Below are positions 12,140 through 28,164 of a stretch of 64,000 nucleotides of DNA, piece by piece. Under the pieces are notes generated by a model, which did no database searches, had not been told where the DNA came from, and was given only the letters and a program-made list of their open reading frames with translations. Each line of letters starts with the position of its first letter. Within the stretch, counting starts at the first letter, position 1. Source of the DNA: Azolla caroliniana (taxonomy: Eukaryota > Plantae > Polypodiophyta); NCBI GenBank assembly GCA_043228905.1, contig JBHGNT010000010.1, positions 15,252,001-15,316,000 on the forward strand. Reading direction: 5' to 3'. The position numbers were made by a program, and so were the translations under genes.

Positions 12140-12334
12140 AGTCCATGTACACCCTTTACATGAGAGACACACCATATCAAGGATTGTCATCTCTCCTTTG
12201 ACTATTTGAACAAAAAAGGTTTACATTGGTTTACGACCAGACATTGAGTTTATACATGATATAATTCATTTGGAACATGCAAAATTTTTACTAGTGATGG
12301 AAACAAAGTTATGCATGCTTGAAGAGTCTATCCA

Positions 12335-12619
12335 TGTGGTGTCCCTAAGTTGTCCCAATTGGGACACGGTCCCAATCTACGTTGGGACTTACCACAAGGC
12401 CCAGTCCTAGTCCCAAAGAAGGCACCACCTTGGGTTGGGAGTCGGGACAACCCAGTCCCAACTGAGATTCCCATGGGGGAAACTCCCAACAACTAGTCCC
12501 AACGGCAATATTTGGCATATATAAGGAGGATTACTCCTAATTAGTAACCATTCCCACATTCCCATACTTAAAGATTCACTCTCATTCTCATCTTGGCTCT
12601 AAGGAGCTTGTAACCTTTA

Positions 12620-12656
<37 letters not shown>

Positions 12657-12807
12657 GGTGGTTTTGGGGAGTTATCTGGACTTAGGCCCAACTTGTCCCA
12701 ACTTCAAATGTTGGATTGTGGTTTGTCCCAATTTGGGGCGGTTGTTAGCGTTGTATTCATAATGAAATATAACTATGATTTGCGTCGTAATTGGTGTCCC
12801 AATCATG
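12335..12807. mobile_element. Probable MITE remnant with GTCCCA/TGGGAC motif clusters
   Basis: More than 10 GTCCCA/TGGGAC motifs in both orientations. ATTGGGACAC (about 12358) and GTGTCCCAAT (about 12794) form an inverted pair. Confidence 0.4.
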
Positions 12808-15800
12808 TTTTCTTGTGGTTTTGAGACCCCCATAATAGATTGGCATAACATTTCCACCATACCAATGGTTATGTGTTATGGAAAAGTTCCTTGTGATTAA
12901 GAGAATTAGATCTCCTTTGGAGTTCTACCTATAGGAGTTCTGCAACAATACCATAGTATGATCATTATCACCATTCATACACATTGTGGGCAACTAAGCT
13001 ACAACACTCGGTTTGATATGGTGGAAGGTTCTAAAACTTTACAAAAGTTGATGGGAGATTATGGATGATTCTAGTAAGTCATGAATAAGTAATGTGTATG
13101 TATGAAAGGAGTTCATGGAGGAGATTGTCCTTGAGGAAATCGACACTACATATGGACTTCATCTGTTTCCTTCTACTCTTTTCTTGCCTTGAGTGCATTT
13201 CGTTTCATTGAGCTTGTTTAGTTCAAATGGAAGGAGAACGCTTTGAACCCTCAAGAGTTTATATAGCAATCCGAGCATTTTGTGAATGTTCAATTTTCAA
13301 AGATATATTATGCTCATTTATGTGACCATTCAATTCTTTCTTTGTTTATAAATTACAACAATCTTAATAGGGAAACCAAAATACAGCTCTTTATTTGTTT
13401 TTTAAGGGTGTGTCGTTTAATTAGGAGAATGGCGTGTTATTTATGCTATCCTTATTAGCAATATGTTTGCCCGTTTCTTATCTTTTTAGCGGGAAGACTC
13501 AGAAACATTCGCAATTCATATTTAGAATGTGACGTCGCTTTTCCTTTTCTACTAGGAAGGAGATGGTAAACACAAACATTCAAGTATTGGCACCATCCAA
13601 GGTATGTTGCAAGCACCTACAAAACCTATAGTAGTGTGAAGATCATATTGAGTTTCTCTTTTATTGTGTCATTCACAAGGTTAGATCAGGAATGCCTTTC
13701 ATGACCTATATTAGAGTCGAGCTCAATGCATATTGTACTCCCACTGCCTACATTTCGATGCTTTGGGTGTGATTGTGTCATGCACAAGGTGACAATTAGA
13801 GTAAGGTTTGATGAACATCACGCTATCATTGTCACATGTGCATGGGTTAACGCCCCCCCCTACCATTTTCGACATTTTGGTGCTTTTTTGTCATTATCTT
13901 GAACAGATGTCAATGGTAGATGTAGTGCTTTTGATTTCTAATTTAGTTGTAGTATGCATCAATGTCAATGATACATGTTGGATGTTGAAGGCATAGCCAA
14001 GGACTTGATAAGCTTCTCCATCCATCCTCATCTGATGCATGCTCACACTAACACATTTGATGTCCCTTTCGTGCAATCCATATCAACATCATACCAAGAA
14101 TGCTAACTATCAAGGGACTCGTTTTCATAATGTGTAATTCTTCTACATCATAAAGTTACATAAAAACCTTTACGTGGATGATATAACAATAGTTAACCAC
14201 GCTACATCAAGTACAACATTTAAGTTTATGATTTATCCAGTTCATAACATTGTGAATCGTGATTATTGTGCTAATTAGCATTATGTTATTGTGAAAGGGT
14301 ACTAGCACCAATCATAAACGGAATCACTCTTATCAAATCATTAATCACTCTAACTCAACATTCATCATTACATTTTTAGGTGATCTTGTTCTTGGTGTCA
14401 AGGACGGTCAAGTAATTCCCAATGAACCCACAATAAAGTATACAAGTCCTCTAATTGTAACAATGATAAATTTTGAAGACATAAAAATATTGTTTTGCTC
14501 ATGCGAACTATATTTATAGTTCAAGAAATTAACACATGTGAACACAAATAAATAAATCTCTACCTACATGTTTTCTACAAAAGCTATTTTATATATGGAA
14601 AGAACAAATATGATATCATTAAAGCCAAAGGAAGTATAGATTTTATAGGAATCCTTAGAAGTATTGCATTACATTGGCAAGTTGTATGTTATACAACATA
14701 AGTCTACTTCGTTGGATGTGAGGTGGTAATATTTGTACACAATTGTGTATAGTTCATGTGAAGTTTTCATGCTCTTCAAATGGCTCAAAGGGGCTACTAG
14801 AATTTTAAATAAAAAAGTTTACAAACAATGATGAAATTGTATTTCAAGTTTGTTGAACAAGAACACATAGGATCAAAAGGTAAACTAGATCATAGAGCAC
14901 TACGGAATGTTTCTTGACGAAATCAATGTGAATGCAATAGTTAGTTAAATAATTTAGGGGAGAAGGGCTATTCCTCCAAATAAAACAATTGTTCAAGGCT
15001 ATGGTTCAATTGTTACATGGAAGGGAACAAGTTGAGGGTTAGGAATTATGTTACTATGAAACGAGTTAGGAAAAATGTCCAACTCTCGAGACGAGGACTA
15101 TGGGGGGAAGTCTTCAATGTAGGAAGAGAGGGAAAAAGTGCAAGTTGGGGGGGGGGGGGTAAAAAGAGAGAAAAAAATTAGAAAAAAAAAACAAATGCAA
15201 AGATAGATGGAGACTCGAGGATAGAGAAAGTTAAGACAATGACAACGATGACAACGACGCTACAAGAATAGTTGTGAGAAGTATGAGGGAAGATAGACAC
15301 CTCTAGCGATAGAATAAATAATTGAGAGAGAGAGAAGAAACATAGGGGGGAGAACCTAGGAAAGGACAAATACCTAGTTAGAGAGGAAGAATATCAAGAA
15401 ATAGGGGGGACTAGTACCATGACACTACCAAAACTAGAACACACTTACCCTCATGTTCAAGGACGAAGCCACCTTTCATACAATCTAGACACTGTCTCTT
15501 TGAGATTTGTGTATGATCGATAGTCCGGAGGACTCCCACTTTTGATCCACTAGATATTCCTATATGCAACTATGTGAATAGTTACTACATATGTTAAAAG
15601 AAATTTTGAAGAACTAGGAAAATTGAAGACGATGAAACAAGTGTAGCACTAGAAAAAGCATCAAGAGTTCCCTCTTTGTCCGTATTTCTATCATGCGAAG
15701 GTGGTTAGGTAATGAATACTAGTGAGGCAGGTCTGGAAAAGGCACACCTAGCATGAAGTGAGAAGAAATAAACATGACATGTGCATCTGTCATAAGAGGA

Positions 15801-18308
15801 GACAAAAGCACATTGACACCCACTCAAGGTTGAGATGGAGTACATGAGTTCCTTCATTGTGTGCACTTATATGATATTGCTAGATAGAGGAATGTATTAG
15901 GGCAATTATGCAAAGTATACATACATACATTTCATCTTTGCCCACAACCAATTGAATAGTTAACAACAAATATTGAATGTAAAGTTGATTTGGTGATGTT
16001 TCAAAATCGTAGGCATGATGTTATGCTATTCTGAATGCCTATTGTTTTTTTGTTGATGTATTTGACATTCATGAATACCACTTCCAAAAGTTATTGAAAT
16101 CCTACCTGGGGCCTTGCGTATATAGTTTCCTTAACTCCCTTTATCCAGTAAAAGGAGTTATGGAATCCTCAATATGAAAGTTGATAGAAAGTACACACTA
16201 ACTTTAGGATTGGGAGTCCACCTAAAGTAAAATGTCAAGCCTTTGTACTAGGTAGGTTGTTGGCATAAGATGTTTGGAACTCGTGTATATATGCCTTCTT
16301 CTGTCAATAAGGAACCAATATATATGTACATATATATATATATTATACACTATATATAATTTATTTATTATACATGAAAATGAAACATAGAATGCATTAA
16401 TGTGAAAAGAAGTTGAAGGGATATGTAGCAATGTTTATTGTGATTAAGCTATGTGCAATAACAAAAACTATCAAGTGTATGCTACTAGTACTGAGCATTC
16501 TATAGTGTCCAAAATGTGAATGATGTAGGGTGAGACTTTTGTGCATTTGCACACACATGTGTACCATAAGGTTATGTCAAGCTTTTTATAGTGAGCACTA
16601 AGCATAGTGAGATTGGAGAGAGTTTGTGTCACAAGGGGATCTATGTCAACACAAAAATAACGAAAAGCTTAAGATATAAACTTCTTAGGCATCATAAACA
16701 ATATTTCAAATTTGTATACTGCACATGAGATGGATATTTTATGCTCACTTGTATGAGTAACGAAGATTAACAAACCCAAAATGAATATAAAAGAAGATCG
16801 TGTTGACACTGTACACATACATAGCCCGTGACACATCCCTCATCTTGATTGGACAATCATGCGTGAGGAAACTTCACATTCTGCACCTAAGTTATGTTGG
16901 GTATGTCCTCCTTGAGTTCGTCATTTGTCTCAAAAGTGATCCTATTAGGTAAGCTCATTTACTTCATGATTACTTTGTTTGGGGCCAAGTTTAAGTTGGT
17001 GATCCTTCAGTGTTACACATCTCTAAAATTTTATAAGATAGAATCCCAATGACTTTTGGTTTCTCAAATTGTATGTCACAATAGAATGGTTCAAAACCTC
17101 TCATAACATGCATATGCCTTAGATATCATAAGATACATTACATGATATATGTAATGTTCATGTGACTATATGTCCCTCTCACATAATTAGCATAACCAGC
17201 TCTATTCTCATTTTATGTGATGAGATGTGTATGTGTCCAATGGTCACACACATTCCATGTTTGATAAACTATTGGGAGAGAACTAGAGAAAGTGGGTTTG
17301 ATAACATGTCATCTGAATCCTATGACGGGGTTAAGGTTGATTCATGCCATGTATGTGTTTAGCCTTTTCAGTATGCCAATTTTTGGTATCAATTGATTGA
17401 CTTTTGATCAATTCAGCCCTAAACTTGAAAAATGACGACTACTCTCAAGATTGTTGTTTGTCTATGTGCACGTTGTTCAAACTTGACCAAGAATTGATTC
17501 ATTTGAGCATGATGAGCATTGTTAATGTTCGGGTTGCATTCACACATTACCAACGTTATCTCCAACGACTTCCAATTTGCATAAAAGATAATGAAAGCAA
17601 GTGCAAAGTATTGGTAAAATGGTAAAAAAACAAAAACAAAAACAGAAGCAAAGGTATTAATTGGTTCTGGAATTTGTAAGATTTGTAAATGGGTAGTAAG
17701 TATGAATAAATAAAAACAAGTAAAGAAATAAATGATATGGACACTTCTTGAGCTTTGCATCAAGACCATCTCTTCCGGCCGAACTCGTCCCTTGGATTTT
17801 GAGGTCAAAAATAAAAATAAAAATAAAAATATATCGCCATCAATTTTAAAGCCGTGAAGTCGCTATCTAGTTTCTTTTAAAAAAACTTTTGGTACCTTTA
17901 CAATAAAAACCTTTGAAAGCTATTAATAGCTCATCACACACACATTTTATAGAGCTCAAGAACTTGGAGAGCTACGAAATGCCCCGGATCACATCCTGCA
18001 ACAAGATTGAGTCACCCTTGTCTCCACAAAGCATAGATAAAGAGAGGCCATGGGCTTGGGCTAGGACTCCTCAAGCAACAAACGTACGATCAAGATGACA
18101 TGTCTAAGTCGGCTTTTGTATTGGGTCAACTTTACCAAAATTTACCCTTTTTTATCTCTATTTAGTATTTGTAAATCTTTTCATGTCTTGAGCAAGCAAG
18201 CTATATGATGTATATATTGTTTTGGTCTCATGGGTCACACACTTGGCCCCTTAAGAGATGTTAATACATTTCTACTTCTTTGTTTCTCTTGAAATTCGGA
18301 AACGTCAT

Positions 18309-18380
18309 GTCCAGATGGTGTTGTTGGTTATGACACTTGTCTCTCTCCTTTTAAATAGGGTTCACAAATCTTGTGACTTC
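18309..18380 (+). pseudogene. Degenerate tRNA(Val)-like or SINE-head remnant
   Basis: GTCCAGATGGTGTTGTTGGTTATGACACTTGTCTC resembles the 5' half of plant tRNA-Val (recalled from memory), followed by an eroded GGGTTCAC B-box. It cannot fold into an intact cloverleaf. Confidence 0.35.
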
Positions 18381-19000
18381 TATGACACTTGAAACATGGG
18401 CAATTTTATGTTCTCATTGCTAAGGTACTCAACACCTTTCTGTCGAATCTTACATACATACATACATACTAGTACCCTTTATCTCTCTCTCTATTTCTCT
18501 CTCTCTATTTCTCTTTCTAACCGGACACATTCTAAGTTCAAGAGTCGAAGAAATATTGCTTTAGATCATCCATAGACAATTCTCCTTCAAGGACCCAAAT
18601 CTAAAGCCTTGGGATTGTAAAAATCCTCCCATCCCTCTCTCTTTTTGTGTTTGAATCTAGTAGTCTCTTCATACAACATGTATCGAGCACAATTATCTCT
18701 AGTGGATGTTTTGTAACCTCTCTCCGTGTTGCACACACAATGTATATCGATACCGTATTGTTATCCATTGTTGGATTTTGATATCCATAAGATAAAGACA
18801 TATTGTCACGCACAACTGATGTTGCTTTCTCCCATAATGATGTTTTTCCACCACCCTCATTCATTGTACATGCATGCTTGCCATGTTCTTATTACTATTT
18901 ACTTTAGCTTTTTTATCTAGAAATTGTCTCGAGTATGAGGTGAAATTATAACTTTGATCTCATTGCTCTTTTAAGGCATGTTGCAAACGTAAGTATGATA

Positions 19001-19031
<31 letters not shown>

Positions 19032-22000
19032 AGTCAAATTTGGCCTCATCATGAACGATAAAATATCTATTCAATTCTAATGCCAAACCTTTTTCACACA
19101 TCATGCTTGCTTGCCTCTCCCATTTCACTCTCTCATTTCTAAAACCGAATCTAGCTTTACCATACGAGGAGTTCCTAAGACTTTGGTAAGTGTCCTAGGT
19201 AATGTCAATCTCTAGTAAACATTGTTGTGTAGTTATAAGATGTTTCTATGATATTCATCTAAGACAAACACACACAAGCATTATCATAGTGCTATGAGTC
19301 ACATAAATATCTGTGGTAGATGTTGTTGCCTTATCCATCTCTCCCTTCCTTTTTGCTATATTGCTTGTCCGTCATACCATAACTTGTTATATGTATGTAA
19401 GGTATTTGCCGTTATCATACAAGCATAAATTTCAACGCTATTTGGTTCTCATACCTTGTGTCGATAGCTATGAAACAATGATGTGCAACTAGTGGATATG
19501 CTGAGATTTTGTTTTTGTTTGTCTCTTTCTTGTTAACTTTGTCATTACACCATACAATCATTTTTAATAATGTCTAGTATTGAGCTTAACAATGTGATTT
19601 TAACACATAATTGAGCACTATCGAAGTCCAATGGCTCATATCAAATTCACTAATATGCATATATTGCATGGCATTTCTATGTTTTCGTTTTTCTTTCTGA
19701 TTATCATTGTGCATTACATAGTTATATAATCCTCACTATTGAGAACGTCTAAAAGCAAATTTACAGTACAATCACATGAGGACCATCACAATCCCATTAG
19801 TTGTATAACTCATCATGCAAACTCCATTCAAGAAACTCATGTTGAACCATTATGAACTTGATTCTTAATGATAAACCATCGTGTAAATTTTGTATATCAA
19901 CACTTGGCATTAACATTTGTAAGGCAATCAATGACAAGTGTGACGTTAAATTTTAATGATGGATATCACAAAAGATATAGTGAACAAATACCATCATGAA
20001 CATCAATTTATTTATTGGTCAATAGGCTTATCAGATGTAGGTACTCACAACATCTAATCTTGACAATGGACATGCGTTTACATGGAGAATGAAAGCAATG
20101 CATTTATTAGAGTATGCACATGTTTGCTTCAAACCAAACCCCCTCGCCCCCCCCCCCCCCCCCCCCAAAAAAAAAAAAAAAAAAAAAAACACCCAACATT
20201 CTGTTCAAAACATTCTATCGCATGAAACATTCACTTTTCTATGTGTGCGTTGAATATTATTAGCTTTACTTTGTAATTCTCGCATACATTTGTAATTGTA
20301 GCTACCAAGGTGTTATAGTATGAAAGGACCATGTACCTCGACGATTAAATGCGTCTATGTTGTAGCACATGGAAACTTGTTACTATGAGTGTATAACTTT
20401 TAAGGTGACGCGTTAGGTTGTGAAACTCTGAAGTGTTGGAAGACACTTGACCAATTAATTAACGAATACAATCGTGATATAAAGTGGGGTACATATCATC
20501 AATACCCCTCGTATATAAGGCAATATCAAACCATCCATGGTGATACTTTAGAAAGATCTTCATGATACTTTTTGTTAAACCTAGGCCATATTTAAAAGGG
20601 AGAAGGTAAATGATAAAGTGTTTCCGTGCAATTCAAATGTTGGTGGGTGGGAACTAATCACATGGGAGAGAAATTTAAGATGGCCTAATTAGCCGAAACA
20701 AATTATTTATGGCACAATATAATTAGATTATCGGGTAACTTAATTGGAGCTATAGTGGGCAAATAAACTGATTTGTGTATGCTACCACATGAATCCCGCT
20801 CTCTAAGGTTGTAACCTAGAGTCTCAATGTTGTTTCACATCGACAAAATAGAAGGTATAAAACATTAGGAATATAAAGACGAGTGTTGTCCAGTGTGAAT
20901 GATTTTGGTCTTGTATAAATAATGGTTTTATCCAACAACATAGGTTGAATAATACATCTTTTCCCTCCCTCTTTATGTGCATCATAATGTAGAACATGAT
21001 TGTTTTAGAGAAGTTTTGATTATAATAAATGAGTCTTCAATGTACTACTTGATTACTTCGAAACGAAATTTACCCGAATAAATATGATCGCCTAGCCTAA
21101 CATGGTTTTGCTCTCTATAAACGATAAACATAATTAAGGAGTAGAATTAGGTTTTGTCCACATGCAATGAATTATGCATTAAGTTGCAAAGGATTCGTCA
21201 TAAGTAATAAGAAGGATGGTCATAATTATTAGACTTAATTGGATTGGTACATTTTAGGACAAGCGTACTTAGACAAGATGAAGAGACTCCCTTTAAGTGC
21301 ACCTTGTCACGAGAGAGGTTAATTGTTTTTATTACTGTGTTACAAGCATAAACCCGTAACTTTTTTATCTCCTTTTCATTGTGCGAAATGTTTCCATATC
21401 GACATGTACACAAACACCTCCTCCTATCCCCCCGAAAAAAACCTGACCAAAGAAAACTTTGAGTTCAATGCAAAACTGAAATAGTGACTGACTAGATGAA
21501 TAGTCTCTTGACAACAATATAAAAAAAGCCGTAGCCTTTGGCTTTAGAGGTAACATGAGCTCAGAACAACAATAACTTCATGTGTGCAAGTTGCTAATGA
21601 GAGACAAGATGGGTGCGTGAGTATAAACACTTTACATTTGAATCTCGATGCCATAACTCCCAAAAATATAGATTCCACTCAAATAAGTATTTCGATGAAT
21701 CCATGTGATCATCCTAGAACTATTACAACGTTAATAACAAAGCATTGAAATGCTAAAAATCCAATGCAACTAGTCTATCGGAATTGTGATATGTCCTTAA
21801 CCTTTTTTGTCCTTGGTGAATGAAATGGCTAACATAAAATAGAACTTGTGTGGCTAGAAAGGTGTACATTGCTTGGACATGAAAGATGTGGATTGCTTAG
21901 ACATGACATATCATCAACTTCTTTTAGAAATATAAAATGGGGCATAAATTTAAAAACATCGGGATCAAGTTCTCATCTAGGCCCATTGCTTTCACATTTC

Positions 22001-24874
22001 TTCCTTGGGGAGCTTTGAACATCTTGTAAAGCCTTCCCAATGCATAGCATTTAACAACAACAACAATGCATACCAAAATTTCAAGTCTCGTGCACCTAAC
22101 AAAATATCTTCCATCATGTGGAGATGTTTATGGGGGAAGAAGGATTGCCAAAATTTATCAAGAACATCCAACTAGATTTACGCGATGTTTCTAATCAAGG
22201 AATATGTTGGACCACCTAAAAACTAGGTAGCGATGTGTGGAGATGGACATCAAAAACCTATAGATATATGTATCTTAATGATGTTCATAATAAGTACATG
22301 TAAGAGCGGCATTATATGTTGTCAAAGCTATCACATCAAATTAGATGTGGATGTAGATTGCAAAAGCAAGATGATAGAGACAAAGTAAAGTAAAAACAAG
22401 ACATTAGATGCTAAAGCACAATACGAAATCACTACCTTTACCATTTACACACTGAACTACTAATATACATATTTTATGATGTGCAGACCATACATACATA
22501 CATACATACATATACATACATAAGCGGATATTGTGACACATGTACAGATTGATGTGCATACACAAATTGCAAAAGCCGTAGAAATAACATGTCATTCATT
22601 GTGGAGGAATTGCATTTTCAATTGTGGCTTTAATTTAAGTAGTAAACTACATCACGTGTTTGTACAAGTATTCATGGTTGTATCTTATTAGTGAGCATGT
22701 GAATTGATAGCTTTCTCCTCAAAATATGGCTTTACTAATTACTCTCCACAACCCAAGGATTGAAAACAATAAATTTGGCTCATTGGTAGAAAGCAACAAT
22801 ATAGGCTTGGCATTGCAAACTTATGGTTCTATATTTCAAATGGATTTTATTGATTCATTCCACGAGTTTAGAGGGCCATGCATTGTGTTAACTCTCCTGA
22901 ACAAAATGGCTTTATTAGTTAAATTTTTGCAAGATAAGGGGTTTAAGCCAATAATGTCTCCTTAATAGGATGCAAACATATATGGGCCCTCTATAAACTT
23001 CAACTTTATTAGTTCGCTTTTTATGACCCAATGGTTTATACAATAACATAGCTGGATGCAACATGCTAATAAAGCAACAATTCATTCATTTGAAGCTCAT
23101 GTTTGCCATATATAGATGTGAATATATCTTTCTATTTGTCGCACACACACATACACATATACATATCTCATCTTAAGAAAATGTCACGTTGGTTGCTATA
23201 TATTATAACATGCTACTCAACTGATGTGGGCACGATGTCTCTTCGTCTTCCATAGAAAAGTTATGCTTCTTGACATATGAACCACATAGAGTGCGCAATT
23301 GTGTGCACTTTCTAGTGAGAAGAGTTCCTCAATGTTAAGACACCAACAAATGTGAAATGATTGTCTTTGGATTATAAAATTGTAGGCATGAGGCATTTGG
23401 CAATCATTTTCTAGTATAATATTGTTGTTCATGTCACTATACATATCTTTGTGTGTGTGTGTGTGTGTATATATATAAGTGATGCATGACGATGGCAACA
23501 TTGATTACATGTTGGGAATCAATCACATATTTTCCTAAGGTATTCTATGAATTGTGATGCTGATGTTAAGGCAACATGCATACTCATCTTTAATTCTAGA
23601 ATAGATCATCCTGATATACATATGCATGGATAAGAAATTCCACATGGCCTTAATTTATTGTATCTGAAATCCTTTTGTAAGACAATTATTGTAGGCTTGC
23701 CTTTTATTTTTTGAGGAAGCAATTCGTGTCGTGTGCGCTTTTAGCCCCTTAATAAGTTGTTTTGCTTTTAGTCCTTCACATTTTTGTTAAAGCCGTTGAT
23801 GATGCCCCAAGGCATCTCTTATTGTAAAGGGTCTGATAAACTAGCAAAGGATCTACACTTTCTGGGGGGCATTTTCGTGGGACCATGGGCTTTTTTATCT
23901 AGACGTGCATTCAATCGATCTCATTGAACTTGGGAAACTTATTTTTCAATCTTAGAAATGCCGATCATAAGATCTTTTTGCATGATTGGGAGTGGAATTA
24001 CCATTCACGGAATTCAGTAATACAAATGATGTCCCGCAAGAACTATAAAAAAAAACCAAGGGAAAAAAACAAGGACTATTAAATTACACGATGTAGTCAT
24101 TGTAATTAAATCAATTGAATGTGCGTGTGTACGCATGATCTTTGCAAAAGGGTTATAAAGAAACTTTATTCTAAGGAATGCACGTTATATTTGCATCATC
24201 ATGCCATCCACCAAGAAACCTACATTAGAATTTAGATCGGCCCAAACTCCATTGCTTCTGATTCAAAACATGACAACATATTCCAAGCAGTTGGCGTGGG
24301 TTATTATAGCGCTTATGCACTTCATATATAGTTTTCCGAAGCCATATTGAGTTGTCCGTTATTTTATTCTAAATCCCCACTTGTTTGTGTTTGAGACCAA
24401 AGTAAAAACATTTTCCTCATGAATCGTACATGAGCATCAAAATGCACGTAGCACATGATTGCAAATGAAATTCAGACGCTTTTCTCTCGTAATTGTGCTA
24501 TTTAAAAGCCAATCTCCTCTTTGGATATTTCAATCGGAAGTTTAATTATGATTTCTTGAATTTCTCTCTATAGTGTTACATAGTTCACCAGATCCATTTT
24601 TACATGCTTCCAAGTGTTAATGGAAAATTTCATACGCTTAAAAGCATAGGTTTAGATGTAATGCTTATACATTTCGTCATCGTGAACCTCATCAACCTCT
24701 CTAGTATCATCGTCTAACATTGAACCTACATGTGAAGATGATTAAGCTTACCGACATGTGATGATTCTAACGCATAATTGAGGAAAACCTCAATGACAAG
24801 ATAGCATGAATAGTTTTGAACCTAAGATAATGATTCAAACCTGTCTTTTCCAACTCACTTTCACAAATTGAATC

Positions 24875-24977
24875 ATACAAATGAAGGCTATTTTTGTTCA
24901 TGGTATCTTGAATACAATACAAATGAAGGTTGTCTTGAATACAATACAAATGAAGGTTGTCTTAAATACAATACAAA
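24875..24977. repeat. 27-bp minisatellite, about 3 copies
   Basis: ATACAAATGAAGGTTGTCTTGAATACA repeated. Confidence 0.8.
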
Positions 24978-27900
24978 AGTGGTCACGTCGTTCAACTTGT
25001 AAAATCTAATGACCGTAACCATACAATGTCATGTGTAATAAAAATATTATGCACCACAGACACATTTGACATGCATTATTGATTCAATAATAAGTCAATA
25101 AATCAAAGAAAGTCTCTTCATTTGCATATATTAGAGCTGAATGATGGAGCCCTTCCCACTAGAAATTCATTACCAATGTTCCAAAAGCTACGACACCCCA
25201 TTAGTGAACATGTTTCATGATCCCTCAAACATAACATATTCACCATACTATTATTATAGAGATCCATGCTTCTTCTCTAGTCTTGAGGATTATTTTACTG
25301 CGCATTCCTTTTCGTAAAAATCGTTGCATTCCAATCTTATTTTATGTGTAGATAGCACGGGATCAATGCATTTCGAAGCGTAAGCGAGGAAAGTTATATG
25401 GTTGATCTATATGATTTGATGTCATAAACTACGAGTAGTTAATGCTTTTAATGCATTCATGGCGATAATGGATAAGAGATTAGACCCTTGTTATGATTAT
25501 AATGTTGACTACGTGTAAGAGCAGAGTGGTGTGGTGATGTTATTTCTAACAGTACATTATGTGCTTTAGCAAAACATATGCCAAGAATCCAAAAATTACA
25601 TATATCCAAAAATTTATGATCTATAAGTCTCATGTCATAGTTCCAAGTTCCAACGATATACATTTGGACATTGTTTTCAATCAGAAGCTAAATGTTATGT
25701 TCATTACAAGAAAACATTCATAGCTTATCTTCAAGATAATTATAATAATAGTTAGCTAACATCCCAATGTTTTCTTCTTGATGTTGTTCACACTCTTTTG
25801 CAACTCAAGGTCAAAATGATATTATCCTTAAAATGCGTTGACTCTTATTAGCAAAAATGAAGCTTTACAAGCTAATCAGAAAATGAGTGAAATGAAATGA
25901 ACTTTAATATTTCTTCTAGAAGGTCATAGGTCTATGACGAGGAAATACAAGTTAAAATATGAGTATATTTTTTTATCTCAAGCTTTGAAAAGAAAAGAAA
26001 AAAACGATATAGCTTCTCTAAGAGAGGCAATGCTAAGCAAACAAATGTTTTCAATGAATTGTATTAAGAGACGACGGTTTTGAGAATGTGCCATGTAGTA
26101 TGTGTTCTTTACACACTAAAATACAATGGCAAATAGTTTATAACATTTTTAATTCTTGATTGTACTAAATCGCACTGCATTGACCTTCACACAATGCACA
26201 CAACCATTAAAGAGTGAAACTCTCTTAAATATATTTGGGTAGAATGAACATCATGCTTTCAAATAGGTTAACACTTAACATAGATTAATACATATCTATA
26301 GACAAATTTACATGTTCTTTATGCTCAAAAGTTCCATGTACACAAACATAGACAATCATACTTTTGTTCCAACTGATGGTCACATAATTTAATGTTTACA
26401 CATGCATTGCATGGAATTGATTGATGAGTTTGTTGAATACGGTTCAATTTTCTATTGTTGTGGACTGTTGCATAAGCTGGCGACCTTAGACAATTGATAG
26501 GATACTTACTTTTAAGGAAATGATTAAAGTATGAAAAAGTTGGATATTAACATAGATAAAAAGGTGCTTAAAAACTAAACAACAAGAACATGTGTTATTG
26601 TGCTTGCATATGTTAAGGTTTTTCTCAATTTAGACATTTGCCAAGTTCTTAAAGTGGCATGCATTAAGTCTAAGCCTCTTAACTAATTTCTACCTTTGAG
26701 AGATGGTTCCCATGTTTATGCTATATAATATTCCCATGAACTTGATGACCATGACGAGATAATGACATTTCATAACATGGAACTTCATACATTGGTTACC
26801 TTATAGAAGGCACATGTGGATGTACCTTTATGGTGCAGTTGCACTTGGAAGCAAAAGTACATGACTAATTAACTTCATTTGTATCTCAAGTTAGTATAAG
26901 AACTCTTAGGAGAATACAAAAACTATAAAAAACACGATATTAGTAAATATGTTATACACCTCTCACTGTGAGGGAAGCCACAAGGAGGAGGATCAATGAC
27001 AATCCTTCTTCAATTACCATCTTAAAGCGTGAGTTATTTAGGGATGTGGCTTGTTAATATGTTTGAATTTATGCCGGCATTCGCAAAAAAATTGTTAACG
27101 GCTTGAGTTTTTGTGCCAAATTTGAGCATTAGCGAGAATATTTGGAATAAATGGAAATTATTGAAGACATTTGAAGTTGTTATGTGGAAACTCGAGTAAC
27201 TCGTGTGCCCTTCATTATTGTGTTCAAGACCTTACCAACGACAAACATAAAACTAAGAATTGAGACATAAAATAAGTGTTAAGGAACCATAAAAGGACTA
27301 GTTCTATAACTAGACGAAACAATTCTATATAATCCGAAATAAACAATCGCATGAAATGATACATTGTCTCATGCTCACAATGATTCCATTCATCCACCCG
27401 CTACAACTGCTACATTTATTTACTCTAATAAACCCTCTACCACCTTTTTAAGAAAGAAATATGCCATATGGTTACCACATTTAAAGATGTTATATAATTG
27501 AGAGTCTTCTAGACTATATCTTTTTTCAAGTTGTACATCATATCCTTTTTTGTTAGCATTGCCTTTTAAAGAGTACCACTAACATGTTTGCTCTTATGTA
27601 CTATAAAAAACATGTGAATGTTAAAGTTGTAAAGCCATTTTACTAGGAGGAAACTTGTAGTGTGCACGATCATGATCTCAGACTAAAATTAATATAAGAC
27701 AATCAATAATGAACACAACCTTAAACCCCTTGCTTGAGGTTGTAACATATAGGATTGACCACTGCACCATCATGGTCATATATTTCAAATTTGGAATTTT
27801 TGATAACTCGGTGAATTGATGAGCAACTCTTTGTACAAAGAAATTTCTTTCACATTGTGCTTTTACCATGCAATGTGATGTCTCATCACTTTAAGAACTT

Positions 27901-28164
27901 AGTTACACACAGAAAGTGGTGTAAAAATAATTTCAAGAGAAGGGAACAATGAGAGAGTAAAACTTACACCTTTTGACGACACATTGAAAGATAATTATGG
28001 CAAGAAGGCCACTTCCACCTAAATATTTCAAAATTATTAGTTCGGGCATGTTTGCCAAACATTTCCCCACTCTATCCTAAAATCACAACTACTAAAATAC
28101 AACACACTGCATTATTAGTTTAAAATGGATCGTATTCTATTACAATATTGACTTTTTACCCAAA

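Noticed and set aside
14600-15050. Possible transposase remnant (SLDVRW-like peptide)
   Set aside because: Too short and too interrupted to support by eye; it needs an HMM search.
20147-20189. Long poly-C followed by poly-A
   Set aside because: Simple homopolymer of uncertain length, with no associated retrocopy evident.
13000-28100. Short ORFs across the long AT-rich intergenic region
   Set aside because: No recognisable motifs or consistent splice structure; lengths are as expected by chance. Probably old TE debris.
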